From: Candidatus Blochmannia vicinus (nom. nud.) | Lineage (GTDB): Bacteria > Pseudomonadota > Gammaproteobacteria > Enterobacterales > Enterobacteriaceae | Direction: 5' to 3' | DNA length: 64,000 bases | Assembly (NCBI GenBank): GCA_030020825.1 | Contig: CP125213.1 | Span: 24,379-88,378 of the forward strand | In this document: piece by piece, positions 41,629 through 52,383 of the stretch | How positions within the stretch are numbered: the first letter of the stretch is position 1 | Layout of the letters: the number at the start of each line of letters is the position of its first letter | The notes under the pieces: model-generated | The model's input: only the letters and a program-made list of their open reading frames with translations | Databases searched by the model: none | Told to the model about the DNA's origin: nothing | Position numbers and translations under genes: made by a program

Positions 41629-42642
41629 ATGATGCAAATTGTTTATGTAGCAAGTCCGGAAAGTCAACAAATTTATGTTTGGAAATTGGATAATGTTCAT
41701 GGATTACTAGAATTAGTTCAAGTAATATCTACTTTTGGAAGTGCCCAGCCTGTAGTAGCGCACCCTAATAAACAATTTTTATATGTTGGGGTACGTCCTA
41801 ATTTTGGAATTACTGCTTATCATATAAATAAGGAGGGGTTGTTAACAGATGTTGGAACAGTTGAATTACTCAGTAGTCCTACTCATTTGATTAGTGATGC
41901 ACAAGGTAAATTTTTGTATTGTACATCCTATAGGAATAACACAGTAAGTGTTATTCCTATAGGCGGATCAGGAATACCTGGGCGTCGCCCTGTACAAATT
42001 ATAGAAGGTTTATTAGGTTGTCATTCTGCTAATATAGATAATAAATGTGCAAATTCACTTTGGGTTCCATGTTTAAAAGAACATTCTGTTAGATTATTTA
42101 AAATAAATTCGTTTGGTATTTTAACACCAGATAATCCATATATGATTAAAACTAATATTGGTTCTGGTCCTCGTCATATGATTTTTCATGATTTTAGTTA
42201 TTGTGCGTATATAATCAATGAATTAACAAGCACTGTTGATGTCATCAAATATGATAATTTACAGAAAATTGCAAGTGTTGTGCAAACAATAAGTATAATA
42301 CCTGAAGATGTAAGTTTTGAACGATATTGGGCAGCTGATATACATATTACTCCTAATGGCCGTTGGTTATATTGTTCTGATAGAGCGGCTAATATCATTA
42401 GTTGTTTTGAGGTGTCAAAAGACACACAAGAATTAAAGTTTGTTCATTATCAATTTACTGAGGAGCAACCACGTGGATTTGCAATTGATTATAAAGGAGA
42501 ATTTTTGGTTGTTGCAGGGCAAAAATCAAACTATATTTCCTTGTATCAAATTGATATAAATAATGGAAAATTAACTATATTATCTCGTTATTTATCAGGA
42601 AGGGGTCCTATGTGGGTTAATATAGTGCCTTTTTATGAATGA
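41629..42642 (+). CDS. pgl: 6-phosphogluconolactonase
   Basis: VYVASPESQQI.VW, GCHSANI, GPRH, WAADIHITP.GR.LY, PRGF, GPMWV. Confidence 0.96.
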   Translation: MMQIVYVASPESQQIYVWKLDNVHGLLELVQVISTFGSAQPVVAHPNKQFLYVGVRPNFGITAYHINKEGLLTDVGTVELLSSPTHLISDAQGKFLYCTSYRNNTVSVIPIGGSGIPGRRPVQIIEGLLGCHSANIDNKCANSLWVPCLKEHSVRLFKINSFGILTPDNPYMIKTNIGSGPRHMIFHDFSYCAYIINELTSTVDVIKYDNLQKIASVVQTISIIPEDVSFERYWAADIHITPNGRWLYCSDRAANIISCFEVSKDTQELKFVHYQFTEEQPRGFAIDYKGEFLVVAGQKSNYISLYQIDINNGKLTILSRYLSGRGPMWVNIVPFYE

Positions 42643-42667
42643 ATGTAGAAATTGGTTATGTTATTGC

Positions 42668-42704
42668 ATATCTTCATATGTAATCTTATTACATATGAAG
42701 ATAT
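42668..42704. terminator. 17-bp perfect hairpin, 3-nt loop, after pgl (convergent with cpoB)
   Basis: atatcttcatatgtaat-ctt-attacatatgaagatat. Confidence 0.65.
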
Positions 42705-43070
42705 AGATTATTGTAATTATTAACATGTTTATATTGTTGTGGTTGTTTCAATTTGAATTGAATTATAAAAATAATGGATGTGTATAATATAATTAAATTT
42801 AATTATAGATGTATTAAGTAATAGTATGTACTTAAAGGTAAAAATAGGGTTTGTAGTTATGGATTGAGATAGATTTGTGCTGTATTATTACTACAAGTGT
42901 AATGATAGTTGTGGATAATGTTAGATTTCTTTATTATTATTTTTATGTTATTTTGTTATTATTTAGTGCATTTAATGTTAATTAAATTTAATTATTGTTT
43001 GTGATTGTATATAAGATTGTATAATTTCTACATAATATTTTGTTTTAATATAGTGTTTTGTTGTTTTGTA

Positions 43071-43856
43071 TTATAAATGTATTAGGCGTTTTTGAGCTTG
43101 TTTAGCTGCGTCACTATTAGGGTATAATTTACCTACTTGTCTATATATTGTTTTAGCTTTATCTTTTTGCTCTGTTTCTTGCATGATGATACCAATTTTT
43201 AATAATGCGTCTGATGCTTTTATTGATTTAGGATAATTTTTTACTACTAAAGCGAAATGATAAGAAGCATCATCTTTATTTCCTTTATTGTAATAAAGTT
43301 GTCCTAACCAGTAATGAGAATTAGATTGATAAATTGATTTTGGATATTTTTTTATAAAATTTTGAAAAGCTTCTATTGCTTGATTGTATTGTTTTTTTTC
43401 TAATACTAATAATACTGCTTTTTTGTAAGCAGTATCTGCATCAATTATTATTGTATTATTAATTTCTTTATTTTTTTTAGTGTTTGAGCTAATGGATGAT
43501 TTATCAGATTCATCAGTAGAATAATGTATATTGTTATGTTGTTTTAAGATATTATTTATTTTTTGACATGATTCATTTTGATTATTTATAATTTCTGATA
43601 TGTGATGTTGCATGTCTTGAATATATCCACGTAATGTGTCAATATCTTGCTGATTTTCAGCTAGTTGTTGTTGTATTTGAATTAAGCATTGACTGTGAAC
43701 ATCGGAAATTTGATGTAATTGATTAATACTTTGATTCCTGTATATTTTATTGTTTGAGTCTTTGGCGTATATAACATTATAATTTGTAATATTCACATAT
43801 TCAGTGATTAGCATGATGCTTATGTGAAATTTAAATAAAAATGGTAATAATTTCAT
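43071..43856 (-). CDS. cpoB: Cell division coordinator CpoB (YbgF)
   Basis: Coiled coil (QQQLAENQQDIDTLRG) followed by a TPR domain (F..FIKKYP.S.Y..N..YWLGQ, KASDALLKIG); directly after pal. Confidence 0.92.
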   Translation of the reverse strand: MKLLPFLFKFHISIMLITEYVNITNYNVIYAKDSNNKIYRNQSINQLHQISDVHSQCLIQIQQQLAENQQDIDTLRGYIQDMQHHISEIINNQNESCQKINNILKQHNNIHYSTDESDKSSISSNTKKNKEINNTIIIDADTAYKKAVLLVLEKKQYNQAIEAFQNFIKKYPKSIYQSNSHYWLGQLYYNKGNKDDASYHFALVVKNYPKSIKASDALLKIGIIMQETEQKDKAKTIYRQVGKLYPNSDAAKQAQKRLIHL

Positions 43857-43867
43857 TATATTAAATA

Positions 43868-44392
43868 TTATTTATATATTAATACAGCACGTCTATTTTT
43901 AGAATAAGCTGCCTCGTTATGTCCTAGTACAGCTGGTTTTTCTTTTCCATAGGATACAGTAAATATTTGATCAGATAATATACCTTTACTTTGTAGATAT
44001 AATTTTATCGAGTTAGCTCGGCGTTCACCTAATGCAATATTATATTCTGGAGTACCGCGTTCATCGGCATGACCTTCAATTTTAATACGATATGATGGAT
44101 TATTATATAAAAAATTAGCATGAATGTTTAATGTATAAAAAAATTGAGAAGAAATATCATACTGATCTAAAGGAAAATAAATAATATTATTAGATTTTAA
44201 TTCTTGTATTTTTAGTTCTAATTTTTCATCGGTTACTTTATTATTTTTTGTGTTAATCTGTGCAAACGGATTTAGTTCAATTTTTTTTTGATTATGAATG
44301 GTAGTGTGTTTGGGTAACACAGAACATGCAGTTATAATTATACTTATACTTATTGCAAATGTTAATTGTCTAAAAAAATTGTTTAATTTCAT
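43868..44392 (-). CDS. pal: Peptidoglycan-associated lipoprotein Pal
   Basis: Start set at MKLN (44392), 174 aa; lipobox [40 protein letters not shown]. Confidence 0.96.
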   Translation of the reverse strand: MKLNNFFRQLTFAISISIIITACSVLPKHTTIHNQKKIELNPFAQINTKNNKVTDEKLELKIQELKSNNIIYFPLDQYDISSQFFYTLNIHANFLYNNPSYRIKIEGHADERGTPEYNIALGERRANSIKLYLQSKGILSDQIFTVSYGKEKPAVLGHNEAAYSKNRRAVLIYK

Positions 44393-44453
44393 TATACGTT
44401 TATTATTCATGATTTTGTCAAATTTTTGATTGTAATGAAAACAGCTGAAGATT

Positions 44454-45839
44454 TTATTCTGCATATAATGGAGACCAAGTCGGGAATCTTATATCTCCTT
44501 GCCCTCCTTTTATATGAGCTTTAAAATGTCCATCTGCAGAAATTAATTCTAAATTAGATGTTGTTGTGCAATCTTTAATACTGCTATATACTACCATGGT
44601 ATTGTTAGGCGCTATACTAGGAGTATCAGCTAATAATACATTTGTTAATATTTCTTCTTGACCAGTTAATAAATTCAATCTAGCAATATTTTGTTTCCCT
44701 TGATGTCTATTTATCATTATTATAAATGTTCCGTCTGAACTAACTTGTGGATTTTGATTGCTAGTGTGTAGCCAAGATAATCTTTGGGCATCAGCAGTAT
44801 TTATATTAATTTTATATATTTGTGGCTTTCCTCCCTGATCAGAAGTATAGGCTATATTTTTATTATCTGGAAACCAACTAGGTTCAGTATTATTGTTTCT
44901 GTTTTTAGTTAATTGTCTAATTTCTCCAGATTCTAAGTCCATAATATATAAGTTTAAGCTGCCTGTTTTGGATAAAGCAAAAGCTATTTTTTTACAATCG
45001 GGAGAAAAAGCAGGTGCTCCATTATGATTTGGAAAATTAACAATATTATTAATTAGTCCAGTTTGTAATGTTTGGATAACAAGCTCTGAATGGCCAGAAG
45101 CAAAAGTGACATAAGCAATTTTTTTTCCGTCTGAAGACCAGGCTGGAGACATTAATGGTTCAGTTGATCGGCAAACCGAAATTTGGTTATGGCCGTCGTA
45201 ATCAGAAATATGTAATTCATAGGGGTATTTATTATCTTTGATATGCGATATATAAGCAATACGTGCACAAAATGCACCTTGTATACCGGTTAATTTTTCA
45301 AAAATTTCATTACTTATAGTGTGAGCTGCGTGACGCAGCCATTTTTTTTCTACTGAATATTGATTTTCTGAAATTATTAATGCAGGATTTCTAGAGGTGT
45401 CTATTAGGTGATATGAAATAATATAATTTCCATCGTAATTTATATGTGTTGTTCCTAATACAATAGTATTAATACCTAATTTTTCCCAAAAAGTTGGGAT
45501 TATATCAGATATTTTAGTGGGTTTATGTGGTAAATATTCTACAGGTACAGTATTAAATTTACTACTATTTCGTAAATCAGAAGCTATTATTAATGCTATA
45601 TCTTCATCTAGGTTAGATTTACCATTTTGATTATTAATATATTCAAAGGGCATTACAGCAATGGGGTGTCCAGTGTTTACTCCACATGTAATTTCAATAT
45701 GCATATCTGCTGCAAGCAATGAAAATTGGTACAAACATAATATCAACATTATTGATAGAGATGTTCGTATTAACCAGGTTTTCCATATTGGTGGTGTATT
45801 AATTTTTTTTATTATTAAATGCATTGAAAAATTTAGCAT
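44454..45839 (-). CDS. tolB: Tol-Pal protein TolB (start uncertain)
   Basis: [41 protein letters not shown] repeats of the beta-propeller. Confidence 0.95.
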   Translation of the reverse strand: MLNFSMHLIIKKINTPPIWKTWLIRTSLSIMLILCLYQFSLLAADMHIEITCGVNTGHPIAVMPFEYINNQNGKSNLDEDIALIIASDLRNSSKFNTVPVEYLPHKPTKISDIIPTFWEKLGINTIVLGTTHINYDGNYIISYHLIDTSRNPALIISENQYSVEKKWLRHAAHTISNEIFEKLTGIQGAFCARIAYISHIKDNKYPYELHISDYDGHNQISVCRSTEPLMSPAWSSDGKKIAYVTFASGHSELVIQTLQTGLINNIVNFPNHNGAPAFSPDCKKIAFALSKTGSLNLYIMDLESGEIRQLTKNRNNNTEPSWFPDNKNIAYTSDQGGKPQIYKININTADAQRLSWLHTSNQNPQVSSDGTFIIMINRHQGKQNIARLNLLTGQEEILTNVLLADTPSIAPNNTMVVYSSIKDCTTTSNLELISADGHFKAHIKGGQGDIRFPTWSPLYAE

Positions 45840-45901
45840 GAAAATTAAATTTATTTAATAGATTAATATATTCTTATTTTATGAATGTGTAAATATTTTG
45901 T

Positions 45902-47482
45902 TCATTGGGGAGAAAAATTTAAAATTATGTTTTTAAAAACTTCATATACATCTGTATTTGGTGGTTTAGGTATTTTTGCTGATTTAGCAGCAATAATTGC
46001 TGCTTGACATAGCGAAATATCTCCAGATATGGCGGTTATTGATAACAATGTACCATCAGGTGCTAATTTGATGCGCAGGTTACATTTTTTACCAATATAA
46101 TTAGAAGCATTGTAAAATTTTTGTTGAATTGATTCGCTAATCATGCGTTTATATGTATTAATTTCATTATTTTTAATTATATTTCCTGTAATATCATTAT
46201 GATTATTATTTGTTTTTATTATAAAGTTTAATTTAATTTTTTCGTTATTTTTTACAGACTTTTGTTTATCAATCAGTGTATTTAATAGATTGCTTAATAC
46301 GTTAGAATCATGAGGTGTGTCATTTAGTTCATTATGTACTAATGTATTTTTTGTGGATATAGTAGTGTGTTGATGTTTCTTTTTTTCAGGGATGTTATTT
46401 ATTGTGTGTCCTTCCAATGGACGTTGTGTTTCTGCAATTTTGAATCGATTTGATTGATCTTGATGTTTCTTTTTTTCAGGGATGTTATTTATTGTGTGTC
46501 CTTCCAATGGACGTTGTGTTTCTGCAATTTTGAATCGATTTGATTGATCTTGATGTTTCTTTTTTTCAGGGATGTTATTTATTGTGTGTCCTTCCAATGG
46601 ACGTTGTGTTTCTGCAATTTTGAATCGATTTGATTGATCTTGATGTTTCTTTTTTTCAGGGATGTTATTTATTGTGTGTCCTTCCAATGGACGTTGTGTT
46701 TCTGCAATTTTGAATCGATTTGATTGATCTTGATGTTTCTTTTTTTCAGGGATGTTATTTATTGTGTGTCCTTCCAATGGACGTTGTGTTTCTGCAATTT
46801 TGAATCGATTTGATTGATCTTGATGTTTCTTTTTTTCAGGGATGTTATTTATTGTGTGTCCTTCCAATGGACGTTGTGTTTCTGCAATTTTGAATCGATT
46901 TGATTGATCTTGATGTTTCTTTTTTTCAGGGATGTTATTTATTGTGTGTCCTTCCAATGGACGTTGTGTTTCTGCAATTTTGAATCGATTTGATTGATCT
47001 TGATGTTTCTTTTTTTCAGGGATGTTATTTATTGTGTGTCCTTCCAATGGACGTTGTGTTTCTGCAATTTTGAATCGATTTGATTGATCTTGATGTTTCT
47101 TTTTTTCAGGGATGTTATTTATTGTGTGTCCTTCCAATGGACGTTGTGTTTCTGCAATTTTGAATCGATTTGATTGATCTTGATGTTTCTTTTTTTCAGG
47201 GATGTTATTTATTGTGTGTCCTTCCAATGGACGTTGTGTTTCTGCAATTTTGAATCGATTTGATTGATCTTGATGTTTCTTTTTTTCTATTTTTGTATTA
47301 GGCGTTTGTATAAAAGTATTGATTGAGCTTTTATTGTCCGTGGTATTAATAGTATATTGCTGTTTTTTTGCGATTATGTGTCTATTTAATAGTAAACACA
47401 TAATCGCATGTATAATAATTGATATTATAATAGCAAATTTGAATTTTTTATTATATTTATTGAGTAAATGCACTAATTTCAT
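45902..47482 (-). CDS. tolA: Tol-Pal protein TolA with tandem-repeat central domain
   Basis: N-terminal TM helix AIIISIIIH (S..H retained); C-terminal domain KFYNAS.Y.GKKC.LRIKLAPDG...LCQAA..AAK.AKIPKPP..VYEVFKN; between tolR and tolB. Confidence 0.95.
   Translation of the reverse strand: MKLVHLLNKYNKKFKFAIIISIIIHAIMCLLLNRHIIAKKQQYTINTTDNKSSINTFIQTPNTKIEKKKHQDQSNRFKIAETQRPLEGHTINNIPEKKKHQDQSNRFKIAETQRPLEGHTINNIPEKKKHQDQSNRFKIAETQRPLEGHTINNIPEKKKHQDQSNRFKIAETQRPLEGHTINNIPEKKKHQDQSNRFKIAETQRPLEGHTINNIPEKKKHQDQSNRFKIAETQRPLEGHTINNIPEKKKHQDQSNRFKIAETQRPLEGHTINNIPEKKKHQDQSNRFKIAETQRPLEGHTINNIPEKKKHQDQSNRFKIAETQRPLEGHTINNIPEKKKHQDQSNRFKIAETQRPLEGHTINNIPEKKKHQHTTISTKNTLVHNELNDTPHDSNVLSNLLNTLIDKQKSVKNNEKIKLNFIIKTNNNHNDITGNIIKNNEINTYKRMISESIQQKFYNASNYIGKKCNLRIKLAPDGTLLSITAISGDISLCQAAIIAAKSAKIPKPPNTDVYEVFKNIILNFSPQ
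46370..47287. repeat. Tandem array: 10.2 identical copies of a 90-bp unit (30 aa, EKKKHQDQSNRFKIAETQRPLEGHTINNIP)
   Basis: Units start at 46371 + 90n (n=0-9) and a 17-bp partial copy starts at 47271. I found no mismatch between copies on line-by-line comparison. Confidence 0.98.
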
Positions 47483-47510
47483 TGAGTAATATAGAGCGTT
47501 TAATATATAT

Positions 47511-47936
47511 CTAAGTGGCAGGATTTGTTATCATTCCAATAGAATGTACACCAATGTTACTTAGTAAACTTAATACTTTAATTATTTCATCATACGCTAT
47601 AGCTTTAGATGCAGCAATCAGACATGTTATATTAGGAGTAATATATATTTGATGACCTATTTCTGATGAAATTCGATCGAGACATATTTGCTTTATGTGT
47701 TTATTATTAATTATAAGATTATAAAGTCCCATCCCTAAAATTTCAATGGTCATTATAAGTTTTTCATTATTAATAACATTTGATGCTACTTCACTATTTG
47801 GAAGATTTACTTCAAAGCTTTGTATTAATTTAGATGGTATTATCATAAAAATTATTAAAAGAACTAATAATATATCTAAAAACGGTATGATGTTGATATC
47901 TGATTTAATAGCGCGTTTTATTCTCTGTTTCTTCAT
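47511..47936 (-). CDS. tolR: Tol-Pal protein TolR
   Basis: DINIIPFLDILLVLLIIFM with the conserved Asp; VNLP; Y..II..L.LL...GV..IG. Confidence 0.93.
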   Translation of the reverse strand: MKKQRIKRAIKSDINIIPFLDILLVLLIIFMIIPSKLIQSFEVNLPNSEVASNVINNEKLIMTIEILGMGLYNLIINNKHIKQICLDRISSEIGHQIYITPNITCLIAASKAIAYDEIIKVLSLLSNIGVHSIGMITNPAT

Positions 47937-48648
47937 GTTTATTTTCCTTATTTAGTACAGCGTCAATGTTAAAAAAAATCTGACGATATAGAATTGTGAT
48001 AAATTCTTCTATAAAATTATTATAATTTTGATCTAAATTATTTATTTGTGTAGTTAAATAATTAAATGCCATAACTGCTGGAATAGCTACGAATAAGCCA
48101 ATTGCTGTAGAAATTAATGATTCAGCAATGCCTGGTGCAATGATTTGTAAATGAATCATTTGAGTAGCAGTATTATTGGTAGTTTTACCCAATTCGATAA
48201 AAACATGCATAATTCCTAGTACGGTTCCAAATAAACCAAGATATGGACTAATGGATCCTATTGTACCAATTAATGGGATATAATCTTCTAATGTTTTTAG
48301 TTCTACATTTATTGCAGTATGCATAGTATCTAGTGTTCTGGAGATTATTATTTCAGATGAACAATTTTTTATTTGATATAGCTTATAAAATTCTTTAAAA
48401 CCTACATAAAAAATTTGTTCAGCGCCGTGTAATTTATTACGACGAGATGAAGATTTTTGATATAAACTAGCTAAATCTATTCCAGACCAAAATTCATTCT
48501 CAAATAATTTTAATTTTTTATGAGCTGTATTAAGCGCGAAAACACGATGAAAAATAATACTCCAAGATAAAATAGAGAAGCCAATTAGTATGAATATACT
48601 AATTTGTACTAAAATATCAGCTTCTAAAAATAAATCAAAAATATTCAT
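47905..48648 (-). CDS. tolQ: Tol-Pal protein TolQ
   Basis: FENEFWSG.DL..LY, GTIGSISPYLGLFGTV.GIM, IAPGIAESLISTAIGLFVAIPAV. Confidence 0.96.
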   Translation of the reverse strand: MNIFDLFLEADILVQISIFILIGFSILSWSIIFHRVFALNTAHKKLKLFENEFWSGIDLASLYQKSSSRRNKLHGAEQIFYVGFKEFYKLYQIKNCSSEIIISRTLDTMHTAINVELKTLEDYIPLIGTIGSISPYLGLFGTVLGIMHVFIELGKTTNNTATQMIHLQIIAPGIAESLISTAIGLFVAIPAVMAFNYLTTQINNLDQNYNNFIEEFITILYRQIFFNIDAVLNKENKHEETENKTRY

Positions 48649-48945
48649 ATTGATTATTAATTTTTATGTTGCATACGGGTTTATAATATAAATTATTACA
48701 GAAAATACTTTTAATCATATTAAAGGTGATTTAGGACTGACATGGTATAATTATATATATAATAATTGTAAAAATAATAGCTTTTATAAAAGCTGTTAAT
48801 ATTAAACATTTTTTAAAAAATATAGTAAAATGTAACTTACATGTTTAGCTAAACATAAAATAATTAAGTTCTTAAAACTACAATTATTATAAAATAAAAT
48901 CATTATACTTAAAGTATAATATATATTGTATGTGAATGTTATTTT

Positions 48946-49818
48946 TTATTGTATATCAATAGATTTGATATATTGACCAATGTTAGTAAAGTTATTAACA
49001 ACATGCACTCCCGATTTAGACAAAATTGCACATTTTTCGTAAGCAGTACTACCAATTCCAGAAATAATGGCTCCTGCATGTCCCATACGTTTCCCTTTAG
49101 GGGCTGTAGCTCCAGCAATATATGCAATGACTGGTTTTTTAATATATCTTTTAATATACATCGCTGTTTTTTCTTCGGATCTTCCTCCGATTTCACCAAT
49201 CATTACCATTAATAACGTTTGGGGATCTTGTTCAAATAAGGATAATATATCGATAAAACTAGAACCGAGTATTGGATCTCCTCCGATACCAACACATGTA
49301 GATTGACCTAATCCAAGATCAGTTATTTGTTTTACTACTTCATATGTTAAAGTACCTGATCTAGATACAAGCCCTACATAGCCTGGTTTATGAATATCAC
49401 TTGGCATTATCCCAAGCTTGCATTGGCCTGGAGTAATAACTCCCGGGCAATTCGGTCCAATCATACATGTATTATGTTTTTTTAATTGTTGTTTTATTAA
49501 TAACATGTCTAATATTGGAATTCCTTCGGTAATGCAAACTATTAATTTAATACCTGCATGAATTGATTCCAAAATGGCATCTTTACAAAAAGGAGCTGGT
49601 ACATAAATAATAGAAGTTGTTGCATGAGTATTATTTATTGCTTCATTAACAGTATTAAATATTGGTACTCCAAGATGAACATGCCCTCCTTTTCCTGGAG
49701 TGACTCCGCCTACAATTTTCGTGCCATATTTTAATGCTTGCTGAGAATGAAAGCTAGCGTGTTTACCAGTAAATCCTTGACAAATTATTTTTGTATCTTT
49801 GTTAATTAATATTGGCAT
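48946..49818 (-). CDS. sucD: Succinyl-CoA synthetase alpha subunit
   Basis: [29 protein letters not shown] (phospho-His). Confidence 0.98.
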   Translation of the reverse strand: MPILINKDTKIICQGFTGKHASFHSQQALKYGTKIVGGVTPGKGGHVHLGVPIFNTVNEAINNTHATTSIIYVPAPFCKDAILESIHAGIKLIVCITEGIPILDMLLIKQQLKKHNTCMIGPNCPGVITPGQCKLGIMPSDIHKPGYVGLVSRSGTLTYEVVKQITDLGLGQSTCVGIGGDPILGSSFIDILSLFEQDPQTLLMVMIGEIGGRSEEKTAMYIKRYIKKPVIAYIAGATAPKGKRMGHAGAIISGIGSTAYEKCAILSKSGVHVVNNFTNIGQYIKSIDIQ

Positions 49819-50992
49819 TTTTTAGTTTTACCGCGGTTACAATTTGTTGAATTGCATAAACTAAGTTATTAGTAACAGTAATGTTGTATTTGCTATCAAT
49901 TAATCGATTAGTACCTAACTCAGAATTGTTGCCTTCTAATCGAACTACGATAGGAATATGTGTTGTGTTATACGTGGATAATACAGTTATAATGCTGTCA
50001 GCAACTAAATCACAGCATACGATACCTCCAAAGATATTTACGAGTATCGCTTTTACTTTAGGATCTTTTAAAATCATATAAAAAGATGACATTATACATT
50101 CTTTATTAGCATTTCCTCCGATGTCTAAAAAATTGGCAGGCATTCCACCTAATGATTTAATTACATCCATAGTAGCCATCGCTAATCCAGCTCCGTTGAC
50201 CATACAACCAACATTTCCATCTAGTGGAACATAATTGATAGAATCCCATTGGTTATTGGACAATGTATTATAGGTTTTATTTATAGTACATATATTTAAT
50301 AATTCTGATTGTCTAAATTTAGCATTATCATCCATAATAATTTTGGCGTCTAAACAAAAAAATTGATCATTATCAGTGATAGCCAATGGATTTATTTCTA
50401 TTAACATGAGATCCTTTTTAAGAAGCATATGTGTTGCATCAACGATAATTTTAGCAAATTTATTTATTTTGACTCCAGACAAACCTAATTTGCATGCCAG
50501 AATCCGTCCTTGATAAGGATATATTCCGACTAAAGGATTTATGGCTATTTTATGGATAAGATTAGGTGTTTTTTGTACTATTTTTTCAATGTTTATTCCG
50601 CCTTGTGTAGAGGCTATGCATATTATTTGTGATTCATCTCTATCAATAAGTATGCTTAAATACAGTTCTTGAACAATTTTAACGGATGGCTCTATTAAAA
50701 TATGATTTACTAATTCTCCGGTATCAGTTGTTTGATATGTTATTAAATTATTTCCAAGCCACTTAGTAGCAAAAGATAATATATCTGTTATATCGTGTAT
50801 AACGCGCACTCCTCCAGATTTTGCACGTCCGCCTGCTTGTATTTGACATTTTGCTACCCATGGGCCGTTTTTTATATTACATGATGATATATAATGCTCT
50901 ATATCACTTAAATTAGCGCACAGGCAACCTTTTAAAACAGGCAAATTATACTTTGATAATAGTTTTTTTGCTTGATATTCATATAGATTCAT
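49802..50992 (-). CDS. sucC: Succinyl-CoA synthetase beta subunit
   Basis: Start set at MNLYEYQAK (50992); [39 protein letters not shown]. Confidence 0.97.
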   Translation of the reverse strand: MNLYEYQAKKLLSKYNLPVLKGCLCANLSDIEHYISSCNIKNGPWVAKCQIQAGGRAKSGGVRVIHDITDILSFATKWLGNNLITYQTTDTGELVNHILIEPSVKIVQELYLSILIDRDESQIICIASTQGGINIEKIVQKTPNLIHKIAINPLVGIYPYQGRILACKLGLSGVKINKFAKIIVDATHMLLKKDLMLIEINPLAITDNDQFFCLDAKIIMDDNAKFRQSELLNICTINKTYNTLSNNQWDSINYVPLDGNVGCMVNGAGLAMATMDVIKSLGGMPANFLDIGGNANKECIMSSFYMILKDPKVKAILVNIFGGIVCCDLVADSIITVLSTYNTTHIPIVVRLEGNNSELGTNRLIDSKYNITVTNNLVYAIQQIVTAVKLKNANIN

Positions 50993-51111
50993 AATATGCA
51001 ACCATTTTTACTGTTTTTTGAGGATTTATATAATAATCAAAACTAATAATACTAATTTGTTAATTATATACGCATGTTATACGATTATATGTGTATATGA
51101 TATAATTATAA

Positions 51112-52365
51112 TTAAATTTCTAAAAACAAACGCATTGGATCTTCTAATAATTCTTTAATATATACCAAAAAGCTTACTGAATCTTTCCCGTCTATTAATC
51201 TATGATCATAAGATAAGGCTAAGTACATCATAGGTAAAATTACTATTTTTCCATCTAAAGCTATAGGTCGGTCTTTGATTGCATGCATGCCGAGAATAGC
51301 ACTTTGAGGAGGATTAATAATAGGGGTGGAAATCAATGAACCAAAAATTCCACCGTTAGTAATAGTAAAATTACCACCATTTAATTCTTCAATTGTTAGT
51401 TTTCCATTTTTTCCTTTTTCAGCTAAAGTTTTTATATTTTTCTCGATTTCAGATATACTTAATGTATCAATATTTCGTAATACTGGTGTAATTAATCCAC
51501 GTACTGTGGATACTGCAATACTTACATCAAAATAATTATAATATACTATTTCTTCTCCATCAATAGATGCATTGATTATGGGAAAATTCTTTAAACCTTC
51601 TAAAACTGCTTTTACGTAAAAAGACATTAGTCCTAATTTAATTCCATAACGTTTTTCAAATAATTCTCCATATTTTTTCCGTAATATCGTAATGGGTTGC
51701 ATATTTACTTCATTGAAAGTAGTCAGCATAGCTGTAGTGTTAGTGACGGCCAGTAGACGTTCTGAAATTTTTTTTCGTAAGCGACTCATCAAGATACGTT
51801 TTTCTTTACGATCATTTTTTATATTGTTTATTTGATGATGATCTGTATCTATATAATTTTTTTGATCAGTATAGTGTGTCTTTTTGGTAGAATGAATATG
51901 TGTTTCTATATCTTGACGAGTTAGACGTCCTTTTGTTCCGCTGCTTTTAATATTTTGTGGTTGTAAATTGTGTTCTGCTATTAATTTTCGAATAGATGGA
52001 GTTAAAATTTTATGGGTTTCCTCCTTGTTTTTTTGGATGATGATACGTTCTTGAGATGCTATTGGTTTAACAGATTTTTGATTTTGAATCATTTGTTGTA
52101 TATCTTTTTTATCAACAATTTGATCAATAATATTTAGATGGGCTAGAATTTGACCAGATATTACTATTGATCCTTCTTGTTCTAAAATTGATTCTAACGT
52201 TCCTGTGTTTGGAGCAGGTACTTCCAGCATTATTTTATCTGTTTCAATTTCAAGTAAAATATCGTCTTGTTTAACTTTATCTCCTGCTTTTTTATGCCAA
52301 ACAGCAACAGTGGCGTCTGCAACTGATTCGGGTAAATTTGGAACCACAATGTCTACACTACTCAT
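51112..52365 (-). CDS. sucB: 2-oxoglutarate dehydrogenase E2
   Basis: Lipoyl motif [34 protein letters not shown]. Confidence 0.98.
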   Translation of the reverse strand: MSSVDIVVPNLPESVADATVAVWHKKAGDKVKQDDILLEIETDKIMLEVPAPNTGTLESILEQEGSIVISGQILAHLNIIDQIVDKKDIQQMIQNQKSVKPIASQERIIIQKNKEETHKILTPSIRKLIAEHNLQPQNIKSSGTKGRLTRQDIETHIHSTKKTHYTDQKNYIDTDHHQINNIKNDRKEKRILMSRLRKKISERLLAVTNTTAMLTTFNEVNMQPITILRKKYGELFEKRYGIKLGLMSFYVKAVLEGLKNFPIINASIDGEEIVYYNYFDVSIAVSTVRGLITPVLRNIDTLSISEIEKNIKTLAEKGKNGKLTIEELNGGNFTITNGGIFGSLISTPIINPPQSAILGMHAIKDRPIALDGKIVILPMMYLALSYDHRLIDGKDSVSFLVYIKELLEDPMRLFLEI

Positions 52366-52383
52366 TTTATGTCCTTTTAAAAA

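Noticed and set aside
46370-47287. 90-bp array as a CRISPR array or mobile element
   Set aside because: Units are contiguous and identical with no unique spacers, a multiple of 3, in frame within tolA, and there are no cas or transposase genes.
48841-48856. Palindrome atgtttagctaaacat upstream of tolQ as a SlyA site
   Set aside because: It has TTAG and CTAA half-sites but lacks the 4-nt spacer of the reported TTAGCAAGCTAA consensus; short palindromes are common at this AT content.
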